Assembly (NCBI GenBank): GCA_013265495.1 | Contig: MU057930.1 | Location: forward strand, 1,566,057-1,630,056 | Source of the DNA: Vicugna vicugna | Taxonomy: Eukaryota | Direction: 5' to 3' | DNA: 64,000 nt | Shown: piece by piece, positions 11,531 to 23,890 of the stretch | Numbering within the stretch: position 1 is the first letter of the stretch | Layout: each line of letters starts with the position of its first letter | Notes under the pieces: generated by a model | Told to the model about the DNA's origin: nothing | Seen by the model: the letters and a program-made list of their open reading frames with translations, nothing else | Databases searched by the model: none | Made by a program: the position numbers and the translations under genes

Positions 11531-14500
11531 TATATATAAGGCCTGTATATACAGAATGTTGAGACATATACCATGTTAATACACGTCTTATGTATGGGAG
11601 GGACATTGGTTCACTGTACACGCCGCCTACACACCTGTTTTCCTGTAATGCCCATATTTTGGCTTAGAATACAGAATGAAGTGTAAAGAGAGCCAAACTT
11701 CGTCAATTTTACATTTTTCTAAGTCTCCAGTCTACTTAAGGAGTTTGGAGTTACGGTCCATATGATAATAAATGTGCTGAAGGTTAACACTGCTGCTTCT
11801 AAAAGTGTGTGGATGAAAAAGTGTGTCATCTGTCATTTACTTTGGAAAGGAGGACCCCATGTTTATGATGGAAATCGTGGACACCATATTATTTCAAACA
11901 TTATGTCTTAAAGATGGACACAGTGTCCCCATTTCCTCCAGTGCCTGTTGGTGTACAGAACCACGGGTGATGGTGTTTCTTCTCACCCTCTGGGGTTTGT
12001 CACCGTGTGTCCTCGAAAGGCAGCGAGGAAGAAAAGCATTAATTAATACCATAGGGAAGTGCTCGCCCCTGCTCAGTAAACTGCAGTAGCCTAGAAAAAT
12101 GCACCTTTCAGGCAAGATAGTTCCCAATTAAGATGGAACTTTTGTGACCCCCCCCAAAATGAAATAGGAATTATAAGGCCAATGCACGTTTTACTTACAG
12201 TTTAATACCATTGACTCTGAGCCTGTATGAATTCACTGCCACAGAGGTAAAATGACCAGAATTGGATTTGCAACAGAAAAAAAACATGTAGTTTACTTTT
12301 CGTAGGAGCGAAACACACAACAGAAATATGAACAGAGACGCTAACAAGCAAGTGATGGATACGTTTCATTATTGCCCACACTCCCCTATTTTACAAAATG
12401 TTCAAAGATGTCAAATGCACAAAAAAAAAAAATCCAATTCTAAAGCCTGAATAAGGCACCTGGTTCACATCGATCTATGTTCCTGTCCTAGAATTCCATT
12501 ATAAAATATTAAGAGATTTTCCATGTGAGGTATAAAATAAGAAATGGAAGTCTGAACAATTTCACGGGGAGGGGAATCAAACTTCCATATAAAGACACGA
12601 TTCTGAATAAAATACGAATGAAATACATCAGCTTAGACTTCTGCGAGATAAAGTCAGCCTTTCACTGAGAAAGGATAAGGCAATATACAACCTGAGGAAA
12701 AGCTTCTGTACAGTTCTCAAAAACTCAGTTCGATGACTTTTCTCATAGTTTGGCTGAAATAATTAGAAAAAAAAATTACAAAGAGGACCGTATCTTAGGA
12801 GCTCCCTTTCTTCACAGCTATGCACGTAAAGGAAAGATTTTCGATTTAAAACTAAAAACAGGCAAAGACTTATCAGTTCAGGTCATTCCTGATTTTTTTG
12901 CCTGCATTTTAGGGGAAAAAAAAATACGGGTGGGACACCACCGATACGTTATTAATGAAATGAATTGCGTGGACGTACATATTTCAGAGGAACTGAAGGT
13001 GTCTCAAACCGACTTCATTTTGAGAGGAATAAAGAACAAAAGAACAAAGTACGCTTTTTCTCCTTAGTATTTTTTTTGGCGGGATCTCGGACTTATTTTG
13101 TGGTCATAGAAATGGATATGATAGAATTAACTAAAAGCAATAAAGGCGGCTGGTGAGGCTGAGATGGGTTTTATTTTTAAAAGAAGAAATTGTAAAATGC
13201 ATGATGGAAAACAGAAATGAGTTCATTTTGAACCCACTGTGCCTTACCTGGCTATCTAATTATTCAGGAGACTTTCCCACTTACCCAACTGCCCCTTGAA
13301 TATACTTATATTATTCAATTTATTTAAGAGGATCATGAGGTCATAGGGCACTTTGAAGTTTATTTTTCCCGAGGTCTATTAGACTCCTGTGAAATCATGT
13401 TGCTGAAATAATAGTTCTATGAAATTCTTCAGATTTGGGGAAGGGGAGACCACTCATGTGAGGATGAGATTGACAGAGTCTATGCATTTGGTCAGAGAGT
13501 GCACTGGCCTAATTCGAATAAATTTGACTCAAATAAGAGATGGGCAGAACCACTGACGTGCAGCGTTCACACACAGGTGAGCCTCTGCAGTGTGGTCAGT
13601 CTCAATAATTCAGCTCCACGAGGTTCTCTGCCACGTAAATTCTAGAAACGAGTCTGTCCAGCATTGGAAGTGCGGCTTTGAGATAACGGACTTGATTTTT
13701 AGCTAATGTGTTAACCCTTGTTTCCTTGCCATCCATCCTGATGGAGTAAAAAGTGGTTCGAGGTTTTCTGGGTTATTGTTTTGTATTGTCAACTTTCTTA
13801 CTATAAAAATTCACCCTAACTTTCCCTCCTCCCCTCACTTCTTTACTCCTTTCTCCCTCTGCATAAACCAGCTACAAGATAACACCTTCTAACTTGTGGT
13901 GTTTGATCTCCTGACTGCAGGATGGTCTACTTCTTAGGTTCCAGTCCAGCTCATCCTGCTGGAACTCTTCCTATACGCTGTGGTTAAAACCCAACAGAGG
14001 AACCACAGAGACAGTCCAGTTTGATGTGGCAGCTAGGGGCACATCATATTATCCAGGGGAAGGAATGGCCAAGAGGTTGAGATAGAAGTGTGTCAGATGG
14101 GTCTGGAAAAGTCAACCAAGGATTTATGACGAAGGTCTTTCTATCTCAAATATTTGTGTTTATTTTTCTTTTGAGCAAGAGAAGAGGAAAAGTCCTATGG
14201 AAGGAAGTTCTATGGAAAATGGTTCTATGGAAGGATGAGGTAATCCTGTCCAATGTGTGGGGATGCTGTTCAGAAGTGGAGACACTGATGGTGACAAAAC
14301 TATCTCCTAGACGATTACCCGCATCCAGGCAAGCGGCTGCAAGGGTTGATGGCAGATTACAGAGACATCTGGTCCAACTGGGAAGGGCCCACTCGTGGTG
14401 TGAACTCCCACTCCCCCTCCCCAACTGCTGGCACGATGCAATTTTTGAAGGAAAGAAGGACATGCAGTAAATACAATTCTGTGAAGCACACAGAATGGGA

Positions 14501-14631
14501 AATCACCAAGAGATAAGAAATCACATAAACTTCAGGAAGATGGGACACAGATGGGAGCACACAGAACACTTCAGTAACACAGAGAAGGTGAGCTCAGAGG
14601 ATGTCAGGAAGAGGTGGCAGGAGTAGTTGGT

Positions 14632-14812
14632 GGGGAGGAGGGTGTAGCTCAGCGGTAGAGCATGTGCTCAGCATGCAAGAGGTCCCGGGTTCAATCCCCA
14701 GTACCTTCATCAAAAAAGTAAATGAAACCTCAGTACCTCCAACTCTCTACCCCCCCCCAACCCTCACTAAACCAATAATTTAAAAAACATAAAGAATATG
14801 TATAAAAAAAAA
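14632..14812 (+). mobile_element. tRNA-Ala-derived SINE
   Basis: GGGTGTAGCTCAGCGGTAGAGCATGTGCTCAGCATGCAAGAGGTCCCGGGTTCAATCCCCAGTACC; diverged TSD AGGAGTAGTTGG/AGAAGTAGTTAG. Confidence 0.92.
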
Positions 14813-14970
14813 AGAAGTAGTTAGTTCATGAGTCTTTTACGAGGCTGTCAATGAATTTCTATTTTGCTGAACCAAATATAACAGTTTATGTAAAAATCTC
14901 TCTTTTCTAAAATGACTGCTACCATCTAACAATACAAACATTGTAATTTCTATTTAAAAACTGTCCCTTA

Positions 14971-15924
14971 GAACCCTCCCACATAGTTGGTGAGAATGTA
15001 AATTAGTACAGCCACTATGAAAACAGTATGGAGGGCCCCTTAAAAAACTAAAGATAGAGTTGTCATATGATTCAGCAATCCCACTCCTGGGCATGTATCA
15101 AGAGAAAACTTGAATAAGCTCATGCACCCCAATGTTCATAGCAGCATTATTTACTATAGTCAAGACATGGAAGCAACCTAAGTGTCCATTGACAGATGAC
15201 TGGATAAAGAAGATGTGGTATGTTTACACAACGGAATATTACTCAGCCATGAAAAAGAATAAAATAATGCCATTTGCAGCAATATGAATGGACCTAGAGA
15301 TTATCATACTGTGTGAAGTACATCAGACAAAGTCAGATATCATATGATATCACTTACATGTGGAACCTAAAAAAAATCATACAAATAAACTTATTTATAA
15401 AAGAGAAACAGACTCACAGACGTAGAAAACAAACTTCTGGTTCCCGGGGGAAAGGGGGTGGGAAGGGATAAATTGGGAGTTTGGTATTAGCAGGTACTAA
15501 TATATATAAAATAGATAAATAAGAAATTCATACGCTATAGCACATGGAACTATATTCAATATCTTGCAATAACCTATAATGAAAAAGAATATATATATGG
15601 ATGTATAACTGAATCACTTTGCTGTACACCTGAAACTAACAGAATATTGTAAATCAACTACACTTCAAATTTTTGTTACCAGGGGGAAAGCAGGGGGTAG
15701 AGCGATAAATCAGGAGTTTGAGATTAACAGATACAAATGACTATACATGAAATAGGTAAACAAGTTTCTACTGTACAGTACAGAACTATATTCAATATCT
15801 TGTAATAACCGATAATGAAAAATATGAAAAAGAATATACATATGTACAACTGAATCACTATGTTGTACACCAGAAGTTCACACAACTTTGTAAACCAACT
15901 ATACTTCAATAAAAATAAACAGAT
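14971..15924 (+). mobile_element. L1 3' portion with two consecutive 3' termini
   Basis: ORF2 end and 3' UTR to about 15670, then a second 3' UTR end at 15675-15924; outer repeat AAA(C/T)TGTCCCTT at 14958-14969 and 15925-15936. Confidence 0.88.
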
Positions 15925-16270
15925 AAATTGTCCCTTCATGTACCTAAAGCAACACAGAATATACTATATTGACAGCCAATTGAAGACAATATTCATGCGT
16001 TTTCCTCTGAGTCATTCTGATAATTTCTTCCCCACATTTGTTGCCTTTTGCTACATATCACTTTGTCCTGCTTGGACTGCTAGAATTTTATTACTATAAA
16101 TGTGTTACTTTATATTAATGATTTGTATATAATTCACTTATTCATATAAATAAAATTCCAATATAGAGAATTTTATTTATTTACCTTGTTTTCATAAATG
16201 TTATATTTTTGTCATTGGTGGCATTTGATTATTTTTGTTTTTCATTGTATGAGTTTCTGACACACCCACT

Positions 16271-16396
16271 TTTTATTTTTTGCTATTTTATTTTTTAAAA
16301 TTTTATTTTATTGAGTTATAGTCAGTTTACAATGTTGTGTCAATTTCCAGTGTAGAGCACAATTTTCCAGTTATACATGAACATACATACATTCAT
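16271..16396 (-). mobile_element. Young L1 3' end
   Basis: T-rich tail then ATTGAGTTATAGTCAGTTTACAATGTTGTGTCAATTTCCAGTGTAGAGCAC; short CCACT...TTTT direct repeat on both sides. Confidence 0.85.
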
Positions 16397-16499
16397 CCAC
16401 TCTTTTCACAAATCAAAGGAAATCATTTGAGTTTCAACTAATATGCACACCTGTGTAATCCACCAGGTAAAGGATACTGCCATCCCCTCAGATCCTACA

Positions 16500-18140
16500 A
16501 GACAGAGATATGGTGTGCTATGCTTTCCATCTCATTTAATCCAAAATATCTTCAGCTTCCCCTGTGATTCCTTGTTTGACCCATGGAGAATTCAAAATGG
16601 TGTACACCACCATCAAACACCAAGAGATGTTAACAGCTTGTTCATATTTGTACACTCACCACATCCTGAAACAGTAATATTCTGGCCATATCACATTCTG
16701 TGAAATATAGCCTTGAAATTTATTTTTCCCATTTCTATTCCCTTTTTGAACGATGGCAGCTGGTGCAATATTTAAAATTACACGTGTGGCTCAGAGGTCT
16801 GGCTCATTTCACACTTCTCTTGAAATAGTCCAGGAAGACACCATTGACTTTAACACAATTATTAACTACTGTAAGAAAGCTACACCTACCATTTTGCTGA
16901 TTGTTTTCAATTTAGTCACACTTTTTCTTTTACTCTTTGGATTGGGTCTGTTTTAGTATTTCGTTTTCGCTCCATTATTGGCTTTTTTTCTGACTCTTTG
17001 CTTATTGATTTAGTTGTTTTTCCATGATTTACAATATTTTAACTTATCTTTCAAGTAAGTTAAGCCATTTTATACATAATTGAAGAACCTCAAGTTTTAC
17101 ACACCCATATTGTCCCCTTTTTTCCTTCTTTCTTTTATTATTATCATTTTTTGAGGTAGAGTCAGTTTACAAAGTTGTGCCAATTTCTGGTGTGCAGCAC
17201 AATGCTCCAGTCATACACGAATATACATATACTCGTTTTCATATTCTTTTCCAACAATAAGCTACTACATGAGCTTGAATATAGTCCCCTGTGCTCTACA
17301 GTATAAACTTGTTTATCTATTCTGTACACACTTGTCAGTATCTGCAAATCTCGAACTCCCAGTCTGTCCCTTCCCACCGCCCTCCCCCTGGCAACCACAG
17401 GTTTGTTTTCTATGTCTGTGAGTCTGTTTCTGATATAGCCCTCTTTTTATGTGTACTATTTTTGGCTCAGACTTTCCTCATGTGTATTATATAACAGAAT
17501 ATATTTTTACACTGCTCTGCTTTACACAATAAATTAGATTTAATGAATTGAAAGAGATAAACTTATCTTATATCTACCTGTATAATTACCTTTTCTAGCG
17601 GTCTTCATTCCCTGTGTAAGTGTGTTTCCACTGGTTTTACTTCCCTTCAAGAAAATAGCACCTTCATTAGGATTTCTTGTAACTTACTTTTGCTGAGCTA
17701 TGAATTTACTCAGCTTATATATACCCCCAAATTTTAAATTTGTCTTTGAAGCATAATTTTCTATACATCTAGTCATCTTTTCCATTTCCTCCTTCGTCAG
17801 TTTTGGTAGACTGTGTACTTCGAGGAGTTGGCCCACTTCACGTATGTGATGTAAAGTTTGGCATACAGTTGTTCCTAGTGTTCCCCGGTAATCGGTTTCA
17901 TTTCTGGTAAGTGTGGTAGCAATGCCCACACTTTCAAGTCTGACTTTAGTAATTTGACTCCTCTTTTTTTCTTGATCGGTCTAAGTAAACATTTGTTAAT
18001 TCTGTTGATCTTTTCAAAGAACCAGCTCTTGGGTTCATCCATTCTGTGTTCTGGTTTTCAATTCTCTATTTCGTTTTCCTCCACTCCAGCTTTTATGATT
18101 TCCTTCCAAAGCCCATTTTTACTAAATATATAATTCTAGA
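16500..18140 (-). mobile_element. Decayed ancient L1M (ORF2 region), fragmented
   Basis: TTCTTGATCGGTCTAAGTAAACATTTGTTAATTCTGTTGATCTTTTCAAAGAACCAGCTCTTGG (about 17970-18035) and CCCTGTGATTCCTTGTTTGACCCATGG are antisense L1M motifs; boundaries approximate. Confidence 0.6.
17120..17432 (-). mobile_element. Camelid L1 3' end
   Basis: GTCAGTTTACAAAGTTGTGCCAATTTCTGGTGTGCAGCAC...GGCAACCACAGGTTTGTTTTCTATGTCTGTGAGTCTGTTTCTG. Confidence 0.9.
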
Positions 18141-18624
18141 TAGACAGGCATGTTATTTTTTTCCCCTTTGAAGACGTTCAGTCCTAAGATAATAAGGTAA
18201 GAAATGGTTGAGATTTATACACCATGTTGGAGAATTCCAACGTGCTACTGAAGACACAGTGCTTAGAGTAAACTCAACAACTGCATATGCAGAAAGAAAT
18301 AATTTTCTGATCTTTAGCTTAAGGACCATTTCCATGGAAGCAACATCCCAGAGTTCGCCACCCTGAGACCAGAATAGCAAGGGACACCCAGAAGAGGCTC
18401 AGCAGATCTTGGACGACGCAGGAGAACGTCTTGACTGATAAAACAAAGCATGATCTGCTTTCTCTGCTGACAATGAATCGGGGAATTGTATCAATCCCTT
18501 AAGAGTTAGTTGTAAATAGGATTTTTTTTTTTTTTGGTCAGAAACTTAATTTCGAGTCTGTCCCTTTGGCAGTATCTTATAAAGCTCTATTCAAATTGCC
18601 TGGGCAATAAAATCTGTACTGTTC

Positions 18625-18740
18625 TTTAAACAACTTTATTGTTACAATTTACAAAGCTTAAAATCCATCCCATTTTAAGGGTATATATTTCAGTGAGTTT
18701 TAGTAAATTTACAGAACTGTGATCATTTACCTGTTTCAAA
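18625..18740 (-). mobile_element. Old L1MB/MC-type 3' end
   Basis: CAACTTTATTG...CATCCCATTTTAAGGGTATATATTTCAGTGAGTTTTAGTAAATTTACAGAACTGTG. Confidence 0.65.
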
Positions 18741-18999
18741 CGAATTCTTTTTATAGCCATCGTAAAGTTCCTACCAAAAAAAGCCTTCCCAGATTTTTTC
18801 GACCACCGGTCCCTTATATAGGGCCGGCTTTGTAAAACAGAGCACACCTGTTGTTGGTACTCAACATGGATGAACTAATTAAGTAGTTTTACTACAAGTA
18901 TCAGTGGAAAAATTGGATTTTTTTTTCAAGGAACAGATGAAAACATAAAAGGAATACGGTATACAGTGATCATGTGATAGCAGACATTTATGGAACGTT

Positions 19000-19352
19000 T
19001 CTTTTGGGGGAGCACGGTCTCACGAGCTGAGAAGGGTGATACTGTAGCTGCCAGGCGTCTGCTCTCTTGGAAGGATGGGACAGAGAAACAGGAGGGGAAT
19101 GAGACAGGAAAAGTAGAGAGGGCCCAGGAGAGGCAAAGGGACAAAGGGTGGGGGGAACCGTTGCCTGAATGAGGATACCAAGACCCTTGGGGGGATGAAG
19201 GCACACTTACCAAACACGATGATGCCCGAACAAGAGGTTCAGGTGGCCGCTTCTCATCCACAGGGAAGCTGCGTTCAGTGGTCCAGGGGGGTCCTGGATT
19301 CTCTGTCCGGGGACAGGGCAGAAGGCTCCCGGGGCAGAGTCGCCACAAGAAA
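19000..19352 (-). mobile_element. ERV internal leader with primer-binding site and splice donor (truncated provirus)
   Basis: Directly follows the LTR 3' end; minus strand TGGCGACTCTG (19335-19345) is complementary to the tRNA-Arg(TCT) 3' end ...CAGAGTCG-CCA; donor TTG|GTAAGT at 19205-19213; left boundary approximate. Confidence 0.7.
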
Positions 19353-19817
19353 CATCACCAACCAGGGTCCCTGGACTCTTTAGTAAGTAGAAACTGATCA
19401 GAGGCCAGATGAGAAACTCAGTCAAGGCTTTACCGGGACTCACGCTGCAGCAGGAGGAGCGAGAACAAGAAACAGGTGCCCTGGCTCACTCCCCCGGGAG
19501 GCTGGGGCTGGTCCCTTAAATAGGGCAGGGGTGGGGGGCGGGCCCGGGGGCGGGCAGGAGGCGTGGCTTAGGTGCTCTGCCCGCCCCCTTGGTGGTGCGT
19601 GTGGAGGGATATGCATGGTACCTGCTTTTGCTCCCGGACACTCAGAATGGCAGTTGGGTTTTGGCCTTTTTGTATCTTATTGTTCATAATTTGCCCCAGT
19701 TCTGCATGCAGGAAGTTATTTTTAGTCCCTTATAGTTTCTTTGTATCTGTTGCTCAAGGAGACGTTTGTCCAGGTGCAAACCCTGCAGCGAAAGGTCCCA
19801 GATCCCAGCCTGTTTCA
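19353..19817 (-). mobile_element. ERV1-class 5' LTR (cetartiodactyl type)
   Basis: Minus strand starts TGAAACAGGCTGGGATCTGGGACCTTTCGCTGCAG; GC boxes at 19533-19568, TATA-like TATTTAA at 19516-19522, degenerate poly(A) signal GGTAAA at 19429-19434. Confidence 0.8.
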
Positions 19818-21558
19818 CCTTGTGCTCATTTCTCCCATTTAATCCTCAAAGCGGTAGGATGCTGTAGGACTCTGCCTGCCTTCTCTATCCCCCAGTAACA
19901 ACAGCTCTGGAAACTCAGCGTCAAGGACTTACAAACTGCAGCCTAAAAAAGCTTCAAACAATGAGTTCCCTGCTAATTCCAGGTTCAAAGAATTTTACAT
20001 CTGGGTGGTGAGGACAAAAATAAACGTCGGGGGGGGGTGTTTTTGAGTTGCTAGGCTTCTGTACAAGAATGCTGAATTATTAGTATTATAAGATCTACCG
20101 AATATTATGGGTGTGTCAGTATTTCAGAAAAACGGGCACTTTCCTAAACTTCATGTTTACATGATGTATCATACGGGGCTCACAACGCAACAAAATTTTA
20201 GGAATTAAACGCAATGTCTCATACGTGTAATAATTTTGTTTTCCAAACGTGTCACGTGTAAGGTTTGAACGTTAACCAAAAAAAAAAAAAATAAGATCAC
20301 TATGTATTGAATTAAAGGATGCTGTTTTGTCGCAAGCATGTGAGATGCATCAGAAATATCCAAATGGAATAAAATGAAGGTGAAGGGATGGAAGAAGACA
20401 AGAGACAGAGGATACTGCGGTTCTCCTCGGATTGACCTTAGGAGAAGGTGGGTGACGTGCGCTGCATTGCACAGAAGCTGGGCACGTCACTCCCAAACGT
20501 CCATAAAGGTATCCTTCTGTCGTGTGCCCTTCACAGAGGCCAAGACTGCAAAAGTCCTTAGGAATCCAGGCGGGGGAAGACACCGCTTGGTGTAGCCAAA
20601 GGGTTCAGCTAAAAACCCTCAGTGTATTGTAGCCCCCACCGCGCTTCACGGCAAAGTGATGCTGCTGATGAGCGTTTTCAGATTGGGCGGCAGTTGCTCC
20701 ACTCAAGAAAACTGTTAATAATGACTTTGGTTTCCTTGGTACCTAAGAGTAGAAAAAAGAGGGAGAAGGGTGGACAGGTCATAACCACATTTGCAGGAGC
20801 CTAAGGTCGGTGCTTGCATGGCTCGGTCCAACAAGGAGCGACCCCTATTCGGAATGTGTCTCCAGCATCATTTAACAGGAACACTTGCGCATCCCAGGCG
20901 AGAAGCCCCAACGCGAAGGAACACGTACAGATGCGCAGTTATCCCTGGATCCCAACCTCTCGGCCACCCCTCACACTGCGAGCAGGGACCACACTGCTTT
21001 GAAGATGCCACTCTTGAAAAATGCGCTCTCGGGCCCTGGTCTGGGGACCAGCTGGGAGGTTAAACCGCACAGTTGTGTGCACATACTAAGCGTCAGATTT
21101 CTCACCTGTGCAGTCAGGAGGCATCTGGTGTTGATTTGTAAATGAAGGCATGGGTCTCACGTGGGCAACTTTTCCTTTTATTTTTTTTTTTTGTGGATTT
21201 CTGCTCAAGCATAACCTAAACCTTGGATGTCATTTCCTGGAGTTCAGATTCATCGCTTTCCTTGGGTCCAACCTGAGATCCTACATGCTGTGAATAGATG
21301 AGCATGTCTTAGCTCCCATCTTCTGGAGTATCTTTGCTTCCTCTTGCCCCAAAGAAGACATATATCCACAACACTTCAAACATACATTAATTGTAGCATG
21401 CTCCTTAAAAGAATTCATTATCCACAGACTGTATCAGAATTCATTTTCACGGTTAACCTTAATTCTTATCAACACATCACAGGGATCGGTTCATACTGAA
21501 GACCCAGTGGAACAATACCATTAAAACTTAACGACAGGACTTTCAAATCATCTTTTTT

Positions 21559-21690
21559 GGGGAGGAGGGTATAGCTCAGTGGTAGTGTTCTTAGCGTGCA
21601 TGATGTCCTGGGTTCAATCCCCAGTCCCTCCATTATAAAAATAAATAAACAAACCTAATTACCTTCCCCACCCAAAATAAAATAAAAACA
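21559..21690 (+). mobile_element. tRNA-Ala-derived SINE
   Basis: GGGTATAGCTCAGTGGTAGTG...GTCCTGGGTTCAATCCCCAG; TSD AAA(T/C)CATCTTTT (21545-21556, 21691-21702). Confidence 0.92.
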
Positions 21691-23028
21691 AAACCATCTT
21701 TTGTAAAACTGTACAATGAAAACATCTCATTTGAGTAAGTACAGGAGTTTCATAATCACATTCATTATAGGCATGAATGTTGATATCAGAAATTCAAACA
21801 TAAGTGAAATATATTTTGCACACAGGAAGGCACAGTTTGGCTGATTTTTTTTTTAAAGATCATTTATTTTTTTCTGGCCAAGGGTTTTAAAACCTAGTTC
21901 CCACCAACTGTCTATGTTTGACGCATTAAAAAGCACCAGGTGACTGTCAAAGAAGCTATTTGTGGTGGCACTGGAAGGGCAGTGGAGAGCAGAAAACTTA
22001 AAACGTGAGATGTGAACATGTGGAGGTCTTCCCGGCCCAAGGCATCAGGTTCTCCTCATCACAGGTCTAAGTTAGCATCTTTATGAAATCCAGTCTGCCT
22101 GGGAGGACAGGGTCAATTAATGACATATAAGAACTTCACTACTTTGTTCAGATAGCTCTGGCCCACTGATTAATCACTCCTGTCCGGAGCACCCACTGGC
22201 TTAGAGGTTGTGCGGGAAAGGGAATGAAAGGAAGAAGTCTGGTACGTCTCGACCTGCCGGATCCCAAACGGAGCTGCTTACCTGGGAAGGTGAGATGCAG
22301 GTTCATGGACGAAGCAGATGGAAATAAACCTTGGCTCCAAATGCTCTGGCATCGTGAGTTAGTTGCATCCAGCCCCGAGGCAGGCAAGTCTCCTCACCCT
22401 GGTTGTCAAATCTCACGTCAGCCTGGCCGAGTTCAGTAAGGCGTTCTGGGGCGTCCAGAGCTGGGAAGGCAGTCAGGGTACCTCCCACTCGATTGTATGC
22501 GTTGACTCCCAGGCTGCGTCCGTACCAAACACATGCTGACTTGCAGACCTAGCATGGGGGGGTTGGTGGGGGGGGCTCTAAGAATGACACAGATGCATTT
22601 TCAGTGCCACATTCTACCCAGGACACAGAATACCCCAAAACAGCTCCTGGGAAAGCAAGTTCTTCCGTCTGATATTTTCCTTCACGGCTTTCTTGTGTTC
22701 TTGCGCTCGTGTATTCATGGTGACATATTAAGTCGCGTGTGACTTTTGGGTTCTTTGCCTTTATATTTAATTTAAACCTGAGCAGCTCTTCTCCACCCAA
22801 GCTGTCCTGTGCAATTACACAGAATGAGCTGAACTGGACTGTCCTCCAACATGGGGTGCTGTCCTGATGGGCGTTTCTCATTAAGATCATTCTGCAAAGC
22901 CAAACTGGATCCTTACCCAAAGAAACCAAGTGTAAGCAAGGCAGTTTTTGGGTGAACATCAGAGAGAAATTTGGATATGAGCAAGTGCTGGATGGCGTTA
23001 AGAAATGATTGTGAATTTTGTTAGGTGC

Positions 23029-23615
23029 TGTATTGGTCTCCTAGGCAAGGCTGTACAAATTCACACACTCTGCATGGCTTAAAAGGACAGAAACGTGTTC
23101 CCGCACCGACTGGTGGCTGGAAGTGTGAGGTTACGGTGTTTGCAGGGTCGGTTTCCTCCGGGGATGCTGAAGGGGTACTGGTCACAGGCCTGCCCCCTAG
23201 ATTCCCGGCGGCTGCTGGAAAGTCTTGGAGGCCCTTGGCTCCTGGCTTCATCACTCCAATCTCCACCTCTGTCTTCAAACCTTCTGTTCTTGTTTCTCTG
23301 GACTCTTTTTTCTGTCTCTCAGAAGGAAGGACACTTTGTCATTGGGCATCCTTACCTATGCTATGGATTTTTAATTTATTTTCTCTGATTTCAGGTACAT
23401 TACATTCTTTGGTGACAGTGTAGGATGGATCTGTATAAAAAAATGTATCTTTGGTTAAATAATCACAGTTTGTTAATTTAAAAAAAAACTTGCCAATCCA
23501 GGACTATCTCATCTCAAGATCCTTAACTTAATCACCCCAGCAAAGACTCTTTTCCCAAAGAAGTTCCCATTTATGGGTTCCAGGTGGACATATCTCTGGA
23601 GGACACTATTGTGAC
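23029..23615 (-). mobile_element. MaLR solo LTR (MLT1-type) interrupted by a ~130-bp A-tailed insert
   Basis: TGTATTGGTCTCCTAGG...GGCTTAAAAGGACAGAAA...; resumes AATCCAGGACTATCTCATCTCAAGATCCTTAACTTAATC after 23494. Confidence 0.8.
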
Positions 23616-23890
23616 AAGTCCAGAAGTGACAGGAGCATCATGTTCATTTATAAACTTCCTGTCTGTCGGAGCTGAGTGTTAAAGGGGTGAAAGGACAGGA
23701 CAGGACAGGTGCTGTCTGGATCTCAATGGAACAGACTTTGATCAAAGACAAAGAAATAAAACAGAAGCAGGGGAATACATAAAGAAGGTTGGCAAATATT
23801 TAATATGGGACATCCAGGATAAGTATGCAGAGATTCATTCTTTTCCCTCCATGTGTTTGAGAGTTTCCATAATAAAAACGTTCCTATAAA

